Below, piece by piece: positions 27,591-40,184 of a stretch of DNA of 64,000 nt. The stretch lies in assembly GCA_964016885.1 (NCBI GenBank), contig OZ024754.1:27590001-27654000 (forward strand). Reading direction: 5' to 3'. Position numbers and translations under genes: made by a program. The notes under the pieces were generated by a model. The model was not told the origin of the DNA, made no database searches, and was given only the letters and a program-made list of their open reading frames with translations. Position 1 is the stretch's first letter. Every line of letters starts with the position of its first letter. Source of the DNA: Eledone cirrhosa (Eukaryota).

Positions 27591-29876
27591 GATACCATCA
27601 TGGCTAGTTAACGGCATTACATTCCTGCTTCCGAAGAATGATGAGACAAACAATCCCAAAAATTACAGACCGATAACTTGCTTGACCACAATGTATAAAA
27701 TTTTAACATCAGTCCTAACTGAATATACATATGATCACCTGATAACAAATGACCTATTTCCCATTGAGCAGAAAGGGTGTAAACGAGGCTCATATGGCTG
27801 TAAGGATCAGCTTTTGGTTAACAAAATGATACTGGAAATTGTCATAATAGACACAAAAATCTATTGATTGCTTGGTTAGATTATAAAAAAGCATTCGATA
27901 GTTTGCCACTCAGTTGGATTGAAAAATGTTTAGAGATTTTCAAAATATCCCACATTGTCAGGAGGTTTTTGTCATTCAGTATGAAGACATGGAAAACGAC
28001 ACTCCTTTTGAATAGTGAAACAAAATCACTGGAAGCTGGAGAAGTTAATATTAACTGTGGAATTTTTCAGGGTGACTCTTTATCACCGCTTTTATTCTGC
28101 ATCGCACTTATACCATTAAGTAAAATGCTCAATGAAACAAAACATGGATATAAAGTCTATGACAAAACCATTAATCACTTGTTCTACATGGATGACCTGA
28201 AACTATTTGCAAAAAATGATGAACAATTGCAAGGGCTATTATCCACTGTGGAGCAGTTCAGTGATGACATTAAAATGGAGTTTGGACTAGATAAATGCGC
28301 CAAAGCAACGTTCACCAGAGGAAAGCTGCTGAAGAGTTCAGAAATTAATCTTGATCGGGGGAACGTGATAAGAGAACTTGATCAAGAAAAAACTTACAAA
28401 TATCTAGGTGTTTGTGAAGGAGACGGAATCAAGCACTCGACAATGAGGGAAAGGATAAGGAAGGAATGTTACCGCAGAGTAAGAGCAATCTTAAGAACGG
28501 AATTGAACGCAAGGAATAGGATCGATGCCATAAACACTCTTGCCATACCAGTAGTAACCTACAGTTACAATGTCATCAACTGGTCAAGCACAGAGATCCG
28601 TAGGCTCGATACAAAAATTCGAAAATTCTTAACCATGCACAGAATGCATCACCCTAAGGCAGATACAGATAGAATATATCTCCCTAGGAAAGAAGGAGGA
28701 CGTGGGTTAATCCAATTAGACATTGCGTTGAAAACTGCAACAATTGGATTATCTACATATCTAAGGGAATCACATGATTGGATGATCAAACTCGTTTTGA
28801 GACACGAAAGCATCAAAAGATCATATTCCATTACAAAAGATGCACAAAGATACAGTAATGGACTACAAATTTCAGAAGTCCCATTTACTGCTGAAATGGA
28901 AAACACAGAAAAAGCAAAGCAGGTAAAAGTAACTGCAAAGAAAGAACTGCTACAGAAACTGGCTAAGAAATGGCAAGAAAAGCCTCTGTATGGAAAATAC
29001 CCAGAGCGAGCTAACAATCCTGATGTTGACAAAACTTTAACCCATCAGTGGTTGGCATCCTCAGGACTGAAATCGGAGACTGAAGGACTGATTATATCAG
29101 CACAAGATCAGTGTCTGCCAACAAAAAATTACCAAGCCAACATAATAAAAAATGGATGCAGCCCATTATGCCGTGTATGCAAAAAACAACCAGAGACCAT
29201 TGACCATATAATTTCAATGTGCAGTCCTATAGCTCCAACCGAATACCTAAACAGGCATGGCAGAGCTGCACAATACATACATTGGATAATGTGTAAGCAT
29301 TTTGACCTGCCCCATCAAAAGAATTGGTGGGAGCATCAACCACCTCCCATACTTGAAAAAGATCACATCTCAATCTTGTGGAACTTTAGCATCCAAACAG
29401 ATCGAAAAATAGATGCAAATAGACGTGATATAATACTGAAGGACTTTAAAAAGAGGGTATGCCTGCTAATTGATATTTCCGTTCCAATAGACAAGAATGT
29501 ATCTATAAAAACATTTGAAAAATTGAGCAAGTATAAGGACCTGGAGATAGAAATTGGAAAAATGTGGAAATTGAGAACTAAAACAATACCAGTGGTTGTA
29601 GGCGCTCTGGGAATGATACCTAAGGGTCTAATGATTACTTATCGCAAATCCCAGGAAACCCGCGTATAGGAGAAATACAAAAGATAGTACTAATGGGAAC
29701 TGCCCATATACTAAGGAAGATTCTGTCAATATAAGTACATCACAAGTCTAAACACTAAAGATGCATGTGTGAGTATGTATGTTCTTTCTTGAACATGGCG
29801 GACCTTGTTGTCTCTTGAGGTCACTGGTTGTGACTTGGTGATAACTCGTATGAACATAAAGCAAGATAAATGCAAC
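27589..29876 (+). mobile_element. R4/Dong-clade copy 2, 5'-truncated, with RT core
   Basis: NYRPITCL, QKGC, WLDYKKAFDS, GIFQGDSLSPLLF, YMDDLK, YKYLG; frameshifts near 27838 and 29625; RHD>RHG, RPD>RRD; (TAA)n both sides. Confidence 0.92.
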
Positions 29877-29896
29877 TGTAATAATAATAATAATAA

Positions 29897-30970
29897 AGAC
29901 TAGGAAGCTATTGACTATCTACAACATGTTCCACAAGAGGAGTGATGCCGATAGACTCTACTTAAGGAGATCTGAAGGTGGAAGAGGTCTTATCAGCATA
30001 GAGGACTGTGTTCAGATGGAGAAAAACAACCTACACAAATACGTGACTGATAGTAAGGAGTCAATGCTCAGAATTGTACTGAAGGAGAGGACAATAGACC
30101 AGGGGATGTCCAAGGAGGAAATAACAACGAGGAGAAAGAGCAACCTTCATGAAAAATCCCTTCATAGTACCTTCCTTGAGAAAACGGAATTCAGAGATCC
30201 ACAGACATGGAACTGGTTGAGAAGAGGAGACCTTTAAAATGCTACAGAAGGAATGCTAATGGCTGCGCAAGAGCACGCCCTCATAACGAAGTGGCTGAAA
30301 CACCATATTTACAAGGAGGAGGCTAGCCCACTTTGCAGGATCTGTGGAGAGACAGAGGAGACATTGTATCCGAGTGTAAACACCTAGCTCAGACTCACTA
30401 TAAAGGCTGGAGACATGATGTAATGGGCAGGGTGATCCACTGACACCTATGCAAAGTAAACAATTTACCACATTCTGAGAAGTGGTATGAGCATAAGCCA
30501 GAGTCGGTGATAGAAAACGATCAGGTGAAGGTGCTATGGGATTTTAGGTTACAGACAGACAAGAAACTGGAACACAATAGACCTGACCTGGTGGTTTTGG
30601 ACAAGTAAAAAGATCGTGCCTGATTGTGGATGTGGCCTGCCCATTCGACACGAGAGTGCAAGAGAAGGAGAGGGAGAAAATTAACCGATACCAGAACTTA
30701 AAGTGGGAGGTAAAAAGGATTTGAAACTGCCATGAAGTCAAAATGGTCCCGATTGTCATAGGGGCACTAGGTACTATCTCTAAAAGTTTCCAGGGATGGT
30801 TAAAGAAAATTGGCCCCGCCCCGCTTTTTGGAACACTTCAAAAGGCATGCTTGCTGGGAACAGCAAGAACTCTCCGATACGTCCTGAATATCTGAGGCTG
30901 CAGGTAGTGGCTTGATATTCATTTCAACAAACTTTCCAGTTAACTAACATCAATGAATGAGACTCAAAGA
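29897..30970 (+). mobile_element. R4/Dong-clade copy 3, different family, 5'-truncated
   Basis: RLYLRRSEGGRGLISIEDCV, CRICGETEET, RHD, NRPDLV, DVACPFD; stops; ends in (TAA)n. Confidence 0.85.
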
Positions 30971-32529
30971 ATTATAATAATAATAATAATAACAACAGTA
31001 AAAGCATTAATATTAAAATGACTTCTATCTATTGAAAATAACATTCCAACATCTCGTCAGCCATCTTATATGCAAAGGAAGATATATATTTTCTTAATCC
31101 TGTAGCTGCTATGAAAAGATGTAGCTGTGAAAAATCTGTGGTGTCTAACATTTCGAAATCTTTGACAAGCACACAAAAAAACTGTGACAACACCGTGAAA
31201 AATATATGTGATGGGACATTAATCATTGAGAGATTTACATCAAGTTCTTGCATGAAAGTATCTGAGTAAGTAGATCAGAAGTATGATGATGCCGACCTCC
31301 CAAAAAGACATGAATACGAGAGGTCACTGATTGACTGAAACGTTCATAGGCTGACCAAGATACTCTCATGGAATGACCAAATGGTTCATTTTTCAACAAA
31401 GTTCCTGGAAAGAATTAATGCAGTTATTAATTAAAAGAGTTTAAATTAATGCATGAAAGATTTTACAGCTCTAGCATCACTCGTATATAGTCAGCAGATG
31501 AACTGGTCCCCGAATTAATTATACCATCCAAATAGGACAAATGATTTGAACTCAGAACGCAAAGAGTCGGAACAAATATCACGAGCGCTTATATACATGC
31601 ATCATGCACGCGTGTATATATACATCCATCATATATAAGCACATACATACAAACACAGATACCCATATATATATATTCTATTTAATATGAATGACATCCG
31701 ATTGCGATGAATCTATGCTCTGCATTTATACTATAATCATTACATTAATTCTCATATTGCTAGCTGTAATTAAAGTATGCTGTACCCACATAGCATTGGC
31801 TATTGACGACCGCGGTGTGTTTAATGGCTTAAACATACAAACTAGAAAGGTCAAAGTAATTATAAACATATGTAACCATAGCATGTTGATTACGTATTGA
31901 ACTTTAACTATATAGAAACGAAAATTACGCCACTGTATCTTCAATTTATATATTTTCCTGATGGACATTAACTTATTTATTAATCACTCACGGCGCTATG
32001 GTATTGAAACGAACTAAATAATTTAGGTCATCTTAATTGTATTACATCTCTGCTATCAGTGGATATTACGATATTCCAGTGGTGTTTTATATATTATAAT
32101 GGCCAAATTAATGTTGGAAGCATGCAATAATATTTGAGATTAAAATTCATCGTCAATTACGCATAGAAAATGATGTTAGAAAAATATGGCCATGCAATGA
32201 AGACCAATAAAAAGGCTATTATGCATTTCCTAAAGGCTATAGTTAAAAATATATATAGTATTTTACTTAGCAATAACAATTATTGTATCAACATCGAATG
32301 GTTTATCAATATGGAAATAAACTGTCATATACAAACTTAACGTAAAGATATAAAAACAAAGAAGATTGACCAGAGGTTTGTCTCTCTGTTGTACAACAAA
32401 CCTGGGCAAGGTGTTTTGTAAGGAACCACTAGCCGCTATGCATGCAAGACTATACACGCCACGAAGCCGCTTTTATCAAATAAGAAGGAAACGGACGACG
32501 CAGTAGTGATGCCGTAACTCATATATACA

Positions 32530-32760
32530 CTGCTCTCCGACAGGTTCGCGGTCGTGCCCTTGGCAGTGGAGACTTCTGGTGTCCTTGGCCCTAGGGCTAC
32601 CTCCCTATTCACCACCATAGGCGCTGAGCTAGCCGTAGGTGTGAGCCTCGCGAGTTGGAATGGCTATTCCAGCGCATCTCCCTTACCATCCTCCGGGGAA
32701 ACGCCTTCTCCATCCTGTCCGCCGGAGCGTGGGCAGGACAGCACGTGGGACCCCATTTGC
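32530..32760 (+). mobile_element. CRE-like RLE C-terminal fragment
   Basis: DRFAVVPLAVETSGVLGPRA..LEWLFQRISLTILRGNAFSILS; similar to 2890-3125. Confidence 0.7.
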
Positions 32761-33050
32761 TCACCATTCGGATTAATAGGCAAAGTTGAAGACTATTGTA
32801 AATAAACCTTTTTACTGAAAAAAAAAATGATAATAATAACAACGTGCATACATTGTATATGATGCTGTTTAAGGAGAAGGCAAGGGCTGATAGAGATTGA
32901 GGCCACTATCATCGCATGTACTCTCCGCAGCTGATTGTATTGGATCAAGCTGAAATAAAGGGTCTTCATCAAGGACACATCACGCTGCCCAGTCAGAGAA
33001 CTAATTATCCTACAGTCGTAAGCCCAGCAACGTAACCACTAAGTCAGGAG

Positions 33051-33051
<1 letters not shown>

Positions 33052-33081
<30 letters not shown>

Positions 33082-33275
33082 CTGGTCGTGGGGGCAAAAT
33101 CATCAAACCATTCCTTCCAGTGCGTCCTGTCAGAAGCAACAGTCTCCAACTGATCCGGCTGGATCTCCAAGTTATCCAATCATCTTGCTGGGGGTCTACC
33201 ACTGGGTCTCTTACGGGTTGGTTTTGCCTGTAAAATCTGTCCAGCGATTCTTTCCCGAGACATTCTAACCACATG
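33052..33275 (-). mobile_element. RTE-type LINE 3' end with (GAA)n tail
   Basis: Minus: terminal DRTHWKEWFDDFAPTTR-like reading, then (GAA)n; similar to 19200-19304. Confidence 0.6.
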
Positions 33276-33754
33276 CACATAAATATACATGACCAAGGTA
33301 AAATACTATTTATATGTATTTTAAGTTTCTGCACACACGTAATGAGAGAATGGAAAGTGGACATATTACGACTGTGTATGCGTCAGCATAGAACAGCTTT
33401 GATAAATATGAATTCCTCAGTTTGTTTGTGGAGACTTTCAGCTACATGATTCCAATTTCCGAATTGTATTAACCTTCATTCACCTTTTCAAATCAACTGA
33501 CACTGTTAAATTTGATTAAATCGACCGAGTGGGAATAAATTAACGGTGTGCAACTTTTATTTATTGAAGAACTACAATAGCGCTCATTACCCCCTTGTTC
33601 CTATGAAATCACAGTCCCTCCACATTTTAAATGGCAAAATTAACCTTGAGAGTAGGCTCCCGTAACCAATAACCCATACGTTCTATATATACACACACAC
33701 ACACACCATATATATATACACAGAAACACACTCACACACAGACACACACACACA

Positions 33755-33872
<118 letters not shown>

Positions 33873-36038
33873 ATTACATGAAAGGCAAAGTTGACCTTAG
33901 CTGGATTTCGACTCTGAACGCAGTAAGCCGGTACAAGTACCTTTATATTCAATTGAAGCCTCAAAGATACTGCCAAATTGCCACCTATTACGATGAAAAT
34001 TGTATAAGTTACAATATGTTTCGTGTATAAAATGACTTGTGTATAATATATGTCATTATGTTTAAAATGATCTGAGAATAATATATAGTTTTGAAGCTAA
34101 ACAAAAAGGGAATAAATTACATTCTTGTAAATTATACAACCTCAGAGTATTTTACCATAAACCCTTCCACATTAGAATACCACCCCTTTCACATTCCCTT
34201 GATCCTTTGCACCGATATTCTCTCTTGAACCGTGGAATGGTTTATTTATATTTTATTCACAGTCTCACAACCTGAAAGAAAGACTATTTTGATTTGAAAA
34301 AATAATCATTAATATGAATTTCTCTTACATTAATTTTCTTTTTTAAGTTGTGAAGGAAAATTTTATTTGGTTATCTGTTATACATAAACATGTTATGACA
34401 GCTATATTTTACAAATTATGGAAATATGAAAAAACACATTTGAAACAAGATTAAGTAACGTAAAAAATGGGGAATGAGTAAAGAAGAGCAGATCTGGAAA
34501 GTAGAAGAAAGGACAATAAATACCATAAATATGAGGAAAAGGAGGGAAAGGCAAGGACTATAAAATGATTATAAAGTGAACCTACCAATGGATACATTAA
34601 GTTTACAAATAATTTTTACTGAAATTATATTTTGTTTAGTATTATCAGTATTATTATAGTATTATCAGTATTATTACTTTTATTTAAACGTTAAGAGCTT
34701 CCACTATATTTGATTTTCTTCCTTCGACACAACGTTGTATACCAGAGCCTCATTCACTAATTTCATATTCGCATTATAACTATTTATATAACTATTTATA
34801 TAATTTATTATTGTTGTAAAATAACTATTGGTGTTCTGTAGAATTGTATGTGACGTAAAGGAAAACCTAGATACTAAACTATACACAATCAAACATTCAC
34901 TTACACACACACACACACATACACACACACACATACACATATACACACACACACACACACATACACACACGACGGGCATCTGAATTTTCTGACTACCAAA
35001 TTTTACTGGCGGTACATTAATCAACGCAAGGCGATAGTAGAAGACATTTGCCAAATTTCTATAGAATGAGAGTGAAGATAAACCATGTTGCGAATGTAAC
35101 CCCTTCACCGTACAATCATACCTACGCCTAGAGTTATATATATATGTTTATATTGTTTTGTGTTTAAGAGTATACAATGTACCCCCATTTAAAAAGAAAA
35201 ATTGAGTGTATTAAATTATTTTGTTTTAGATTATTTATCAACATCTTCGTGACTACTGATTGTATTGTCAGCAATATTTAGTAAGCGGAAACGGTTCTTG
35301 TATACGTAATACTTCATCCAATTTAATAGCACTGCATGGTCCTTGAATACCTTTATCAATGTCCATTATATCCTTACTCGACCCTTCTGTACATTTATAA
35401 AAGTCAACTCTATTGCCATTATTTTCAGCATATCTTCGGTTTAATAATAACTTGTTCTCATCCTCTCACCAAAATCGGAAACGCTGAAAAACTTCATTGA
35501 TGCTGCATTTCCTTCTCTGCAAGAATTGTATGACAACGTTGAATAGATTTAAGAAACAAGAAACACCTACACACATCACGCAAGATGGCTTCCATAATAT
35601 ACGAATTAACTATTTCTTGTTGTCTTCTAATCCGAGACATGGCAATATCAAATACATGACTAATCCAACAGATTACAAAGAAAAAGGTTACAAACAAACA
35701 TACAACACAATAATAATACTGAAAAAAGATATTCAGAATGCAGCATTATCAGAAATATGGAAGCCAGAAAAGAAGAAAAATACGAAGACAAACAAAATAA
35801 CCTTTAAAAAACATATTCAGAAATGAAGAAATAAATTTAAGTCTGAATTAAACCATTAAAATATTTAAATAGCGATGATAACTAACAGAGAAAGGCTTCA
35901 GATTTATGAGCATTATGATTGAATTATTAAAAAATGAACTTAGAGAATTATGTTTTCTATTTATAAATTCATGAATATCGTTCCATTTCCCTGTTGTCAT
36001 TAATCATTAATTATCTACAATTTATGTCTCTATTTGTG

Positions 36039-36219
36039 ATAATTGTTTCTACTTTAGGCACAAGGCCAGCAATTACCCAGTGCATTACTGGTACTTTATT
36101 TTATCGACACCGTAAGGATGAAAGGCAAAGTCAACCTCGGCGGGATTTGAACTTAGATCGTAAAGGGACATAACTATGCTGGAAAGCATGGCGTCCGACC
36201 CTCCACCGATACTGCCAAT
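36039..36219 (-). mobile_element. SINE with TSD
   Basis: Family match; TSD ATTTGTGATAAT at 36032/36218. Confidence 0.9.
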
Positions 36220-37069
36220 TTGTGATAATGATTATTAGACTTCCGTCTATGTTATCTTACTTCTGTGTTCAAACCCCACCAGAGACGAATTTTCATTTGA
36301 CCCTATTGAGGTTGATAAACTAATGCACCAGTCAAGTACTGGGTCGATATATAAGATTATACACACCAGTAGCAATCAGAAGGGAGAGAGAGTGTGGGGT
36401 GGTGGTAGTGGGGGTGTGTGACAAAGAGGGAGATATTATTTATCCCGACACACTACTATAGTTCCATACTACCTGGAATGTATGGTGATCTATGTTTGGT
36501 AGTTTTCCATCTTTTAAATGGATATTCTCACTACAATTATGAGCCATCAATCCCAATAGTTTTACTTGGACGCCAACACGAGTATTTCGCTGCCAACATG
36601 CTCTTACAGTTTGACAGGTGATATGAATTATATTTAAGATATTTGAGATTCTTCTCTAGGTTTTTGTTGCTATCAGAGTGAAGATATCAGGGATGTTGCT
36701 TAATAACAATCAATCAAGTTTCTCCCAATCAATAATTTACAGAGTTCACATTACTTTACCTCAAATTTCTCATCAAACAATCATAATTGTATGTTCCTAT
36801 AAATATCTACAAAACAAAAATGGTGTTTCCTTCTCAAATATTAACTCTATAGTTGGCAAACATAATTACTTCTGTATTTTAATGGCTTGTCCTGCTGGAT
36901 TTTCTCTACGTCTCTACTTAGCAACAAAACTTCTATTTATGTCATATCTTCACACCTCAATTTATTATTTTTTTGAATGTTAATATTGCCAATTATTTTT
37001 ACTAATAATTTCGAAAACTAATTTCGGTTAATGTTATACACTTAAGCACGTATATGTATGCATATATAA

Positions 37070-37192
<123 letters not shown>

Positions 37193-37323
37193 TATTAAAT
37201 TGTTAAACAATATTCGATGATTATGTCAAAGAATGATTTTTACAGTAGATTGGAAGCACTCAACGGAAAAAATTATTTTCAGGAGTTATTAATATAAGTA
37301 TTAATAAAATAGATGTTCTTTTG

Positions 37324-37393
37324 ATCAATTACATTTTATTATACATATTTCGGATGTACAACAGTACGTCCTCATCAGACAAAATATAATGAT
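37324..37393 (-). ncRNA. Type I hammerhead ribozyme, family F (mirror copy)
   Basis: Reverse complement of 37485-37554. Confidence 0.85.
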
Positions 37394-37484
37394 ACATGAC
37401 ATACTCTGAGATGTTAAATGGTTAAGATTTAATCAAGGTAGTTGATTAAATCTTAAAAATTTAACATCTCAGGGTATGTCATGT

Positions 37485-37554
37485 ATCATTATATTTTGTC
37501 TGATGAGGACGTACTGTTGTACATCCGAAATATGTATAATAAAATGTAATTGAT
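37485..37554 (+). ncRNA. Type I hammerhead ribozyme, family F
   Basis: ATCATTATATTTTGT-CTGATGA-GGACGTACtgttGTACATCC-GAAA-TATGTA-TA-ATAAAATGTAATTGAT. Confidence 0.88.
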
Positions 37555-37579
37555 CAAAAGAACATCTATTTTATTAATA

Positions 37580-37654
<75 letters not shown>

Positions 37655-37665
37655 GCATATACATT

Positions 37666-37707
<42 letters not shown>

Positions 37708-38379
37708 TGCATACACACACACACATGTATATATATATATATATACATATGTTTATATATATACATACATACTGATTGTGAAACACTCATTACACTTGCG
37801 TACTATTTTGTTACGTACTATTTTGTTGCGTACTATTTTGTCACACACCCCCACTACCACCACCCCACACTCTCTCTCTACCTTGAATAAACCACCTTCA
37901 TAAGTTACATTGCGGCGTGTTTCTTAAGAATGTACTTCAATTTATCAGGTGTGTTTGCAAAACCTCATTAAATAGATTTTAAACACATCGGCAGTTATAA
38001 ATGTCACTAAACTCTTAGGAAAACGTTCGTTATTTTTCTTTCTATTCAAATTTCTCTCTGAGGAAATGTTATCTACAGAGGGAGAGAGTTTATAGAAAAT
38101 TGAAAACCAAATAACAGTAAAGGCCGTTCATGTAGAAATTAGCTATTATTATGTTTACACAGAAAATCATTGGCCTTGTGCCTCAATCAGAAACCAGTGT
38201 TTTTATACACACACACACTAATGATATTCAGGTAGCGTGATCTCAATATTACAGTTCACGTTATGCTTATGTACCGTATATATATATATATATAGTTTTA
38301 ATATTAAAACTTTTATACTCTGCTATGTATTGAGTACCTTACTTACTGTGGTTACCTCCGATTCAACGCGGAATAACTT

Positions 38380-38443
<64 letters not shown>

Positions 38444-38535
38444 TTGAACACTGGAAGGTAATATCCGTAGTGGTAGAGCACTCAGTCCATGGGACGAGTT
38501 TGGTAGAAGTAGTAACACAATAGTTAGTTCACCAT

Positions 38536-38576
38536 ACCGAGAATAATTGTTTCCCCTTAGCGGATCTTCAGCTCAG
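38536..38576 (-). ncRNA. Hammerhead motif, family A, with fold-back remnant to ~38625
   Basis: Minus: CTGAG-CTGAAGA-TCCgctaaGGG-GAAA-CAATTA-TT-CTCGG. Confidence 0.75.
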
Positions 38577-38622
38577 TCTAGGCTGAAGATCCCGGTATAT
38601 GAACTAACTGTTGTGTTACTAC

Positions 38623-38662
<40 letters not shown>

Positions 38663-38729
38663 AAAAAGATGAAATCGAAAATGCAACTGGATTCTTATTT
38701 TTAAAAAAATATATATATTTATTTGGTTC

Positions 38730-38768
38730 CTTTACCGGTTTCGCAGTTCTTCTGCTTTTCAAAAGTAG
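38730..38768 (-). ncRNA. Degenerate hammerhead motif, family G
   Basis: Minus: CTT-TTGAAAA-GCAGaagaaCTGC-GAAA-CCGG-TA-AAG; two core substitutions; tail 38658-38730 resembles 15185-15250. Confidence 0.55.
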
Positions 38769-39091
38769 AGTTGAGATGGAGGGTCTGTGCTTTTTCTCAC
38801 ATCTGGTTGGTCTTTGAATGTTACTTGTTTTATATGGAAAAAAGTGGCTCGAAACGCCAGGTTTTTAGAGAAGTAATTTGATTGGTTGGTGAATAAGTAT
38901 AATAAATTTCGCGCCAGTTCGCGTTTCAAAGTTCTTCAAACAAAGGGGGGGGGGGGCTCAGGTTGTTTCTTTCATTTATGATGCAGTCACGTGAATAAGC
39001 ACATCAGGTTGGTTTGTTTACTCCGGAGTAATGTAAAATAATTAAGTCAAATATGTAAAATTTGGCTTCGTTTATTATAAATTATAGATAT

Positions 39092-39146
39092 ACTGCTATA
39101 TATATTTCGGTGACAGCCATCATTGGCTGTGACTTCTTCAGGCAGT
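39092..39146 (-). ncRNA. Type I hammerhead ribozyme, family B
   Basis: Minus: ACTGC-CTGAAGA-AGTCACAGCCAatgaTGGCTGTCACC-GAAA-TATATA-TA-GCAGT. Confidence 0.88.
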
Positions 39147-40086
39147 CCGAATTGGTGTGGGAAAACATGTACACATGTCGTTGAACTGTGTTTTACTCCG
39201 TCAATACATCGATGTGTCCAGCTCCTGGTTGTGTTGTTATTCCTCTGAGGAACTAGAATCATATGTTTGTCCCTTTATTTCCACCCTCACCACTCTTACA
39301 GGCCCTAACAGGTCTTTCCGTATCCGCCATTCCTTCACCTGCACATCCACCCACGTTGTCTATGCCCTCCGGTGTTCCCTTTGCGGGTCTTTATATATCA
39401 GACAAACGGGACGCCGTATGGCGGACCGTTTTGCCGAACATTTGAAGGACATACGACTCGGTTTGGATACTCCTGTCGCCCGTCATTTATGTTCTTCTGG
39501 TCATTCTTCCCTATATGTTTCAGTCCTGGGTGCCTTTTACAGGCCTCGCGCACCAAGACTAAACACAATCTGATTCACCGTCTTGGGTCCTATTCCCCTC
39601 TTGGACTCAATTTCTCTAATACCCCGTCCATTATCACACCTCTATATTCCTATCGCTTTCTCTTGATCATTAGCAGCTTCTCTTACTACTAATACATGCC
39701 GATCCACACCCTTATGTTAACATACTTTTGCTCATAGCTTCGTACTTACATGCACACACACTCTTTTATTCACATATACACACACACATTTCTTCTTAGC
39801 TTCGTACGGACCTATAATAACACACACACACACACACACACAAACACATGCTTACGCACGTACTCAAGTATAGCTCTTTTCACAAAACGGTTTTTTTCCA
39901 TATCAGGTAGACGCGCCCCATCATCCACTTTTCTAAAAAACAAATCATACACAAAACGCCAGCACCAACAGTTTTGCAAGAGATGTCAACATGAATGGAC
40001 CTGTTATTTTTATCTAAAGTCATGTTTTCCAATTCCATCCCGCCCGTCCCCTCAATCTATTTTATTTCTCATTATTTCTTCTGATG

Positions 40087-40146
40087 AAAGTACCAGTAAT
40101 GCACTGGGATAATTGCTGGCCTTGTGCCTAACGTAGAAACAATTAT
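40087..40146 (+). mobile_element. SINE 3' fragment inserted in the hammerhead core
   Basis: SINE tail between two copies of ATTATTTCTTCTGATGAA (40071, 40142). Confidence 0.8.
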
Positions 40147-40184
40147 TTCTTCTGATGAAGGACTAGCGACCGAAACGTTAAGAC
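40147..40184 (+). ncRNA. Minimal hammerhead of the Penelope pLTR, family H
   Basis: CTGATGA-AGGActagcGACC-GAAA-CGT-TA-AGAC; stem I weak. Confidence 0.65.

Larger units (their letters stand above)
37292..37586. repeat. 145-bp-arm palindrome carrying two opposed hammerheads, family F
   Basis: Arms 37292-37436 and 37442-37586, 3 mismatches, 5-nt spacer. Confidence 0.9.

Noticed and set aside
27864-29669. 601-aa ORF as an active RT gene
   Set aside because: 5'-truncated, frameshifted at both ends and RLE motifs altered; recorded as a dead element.
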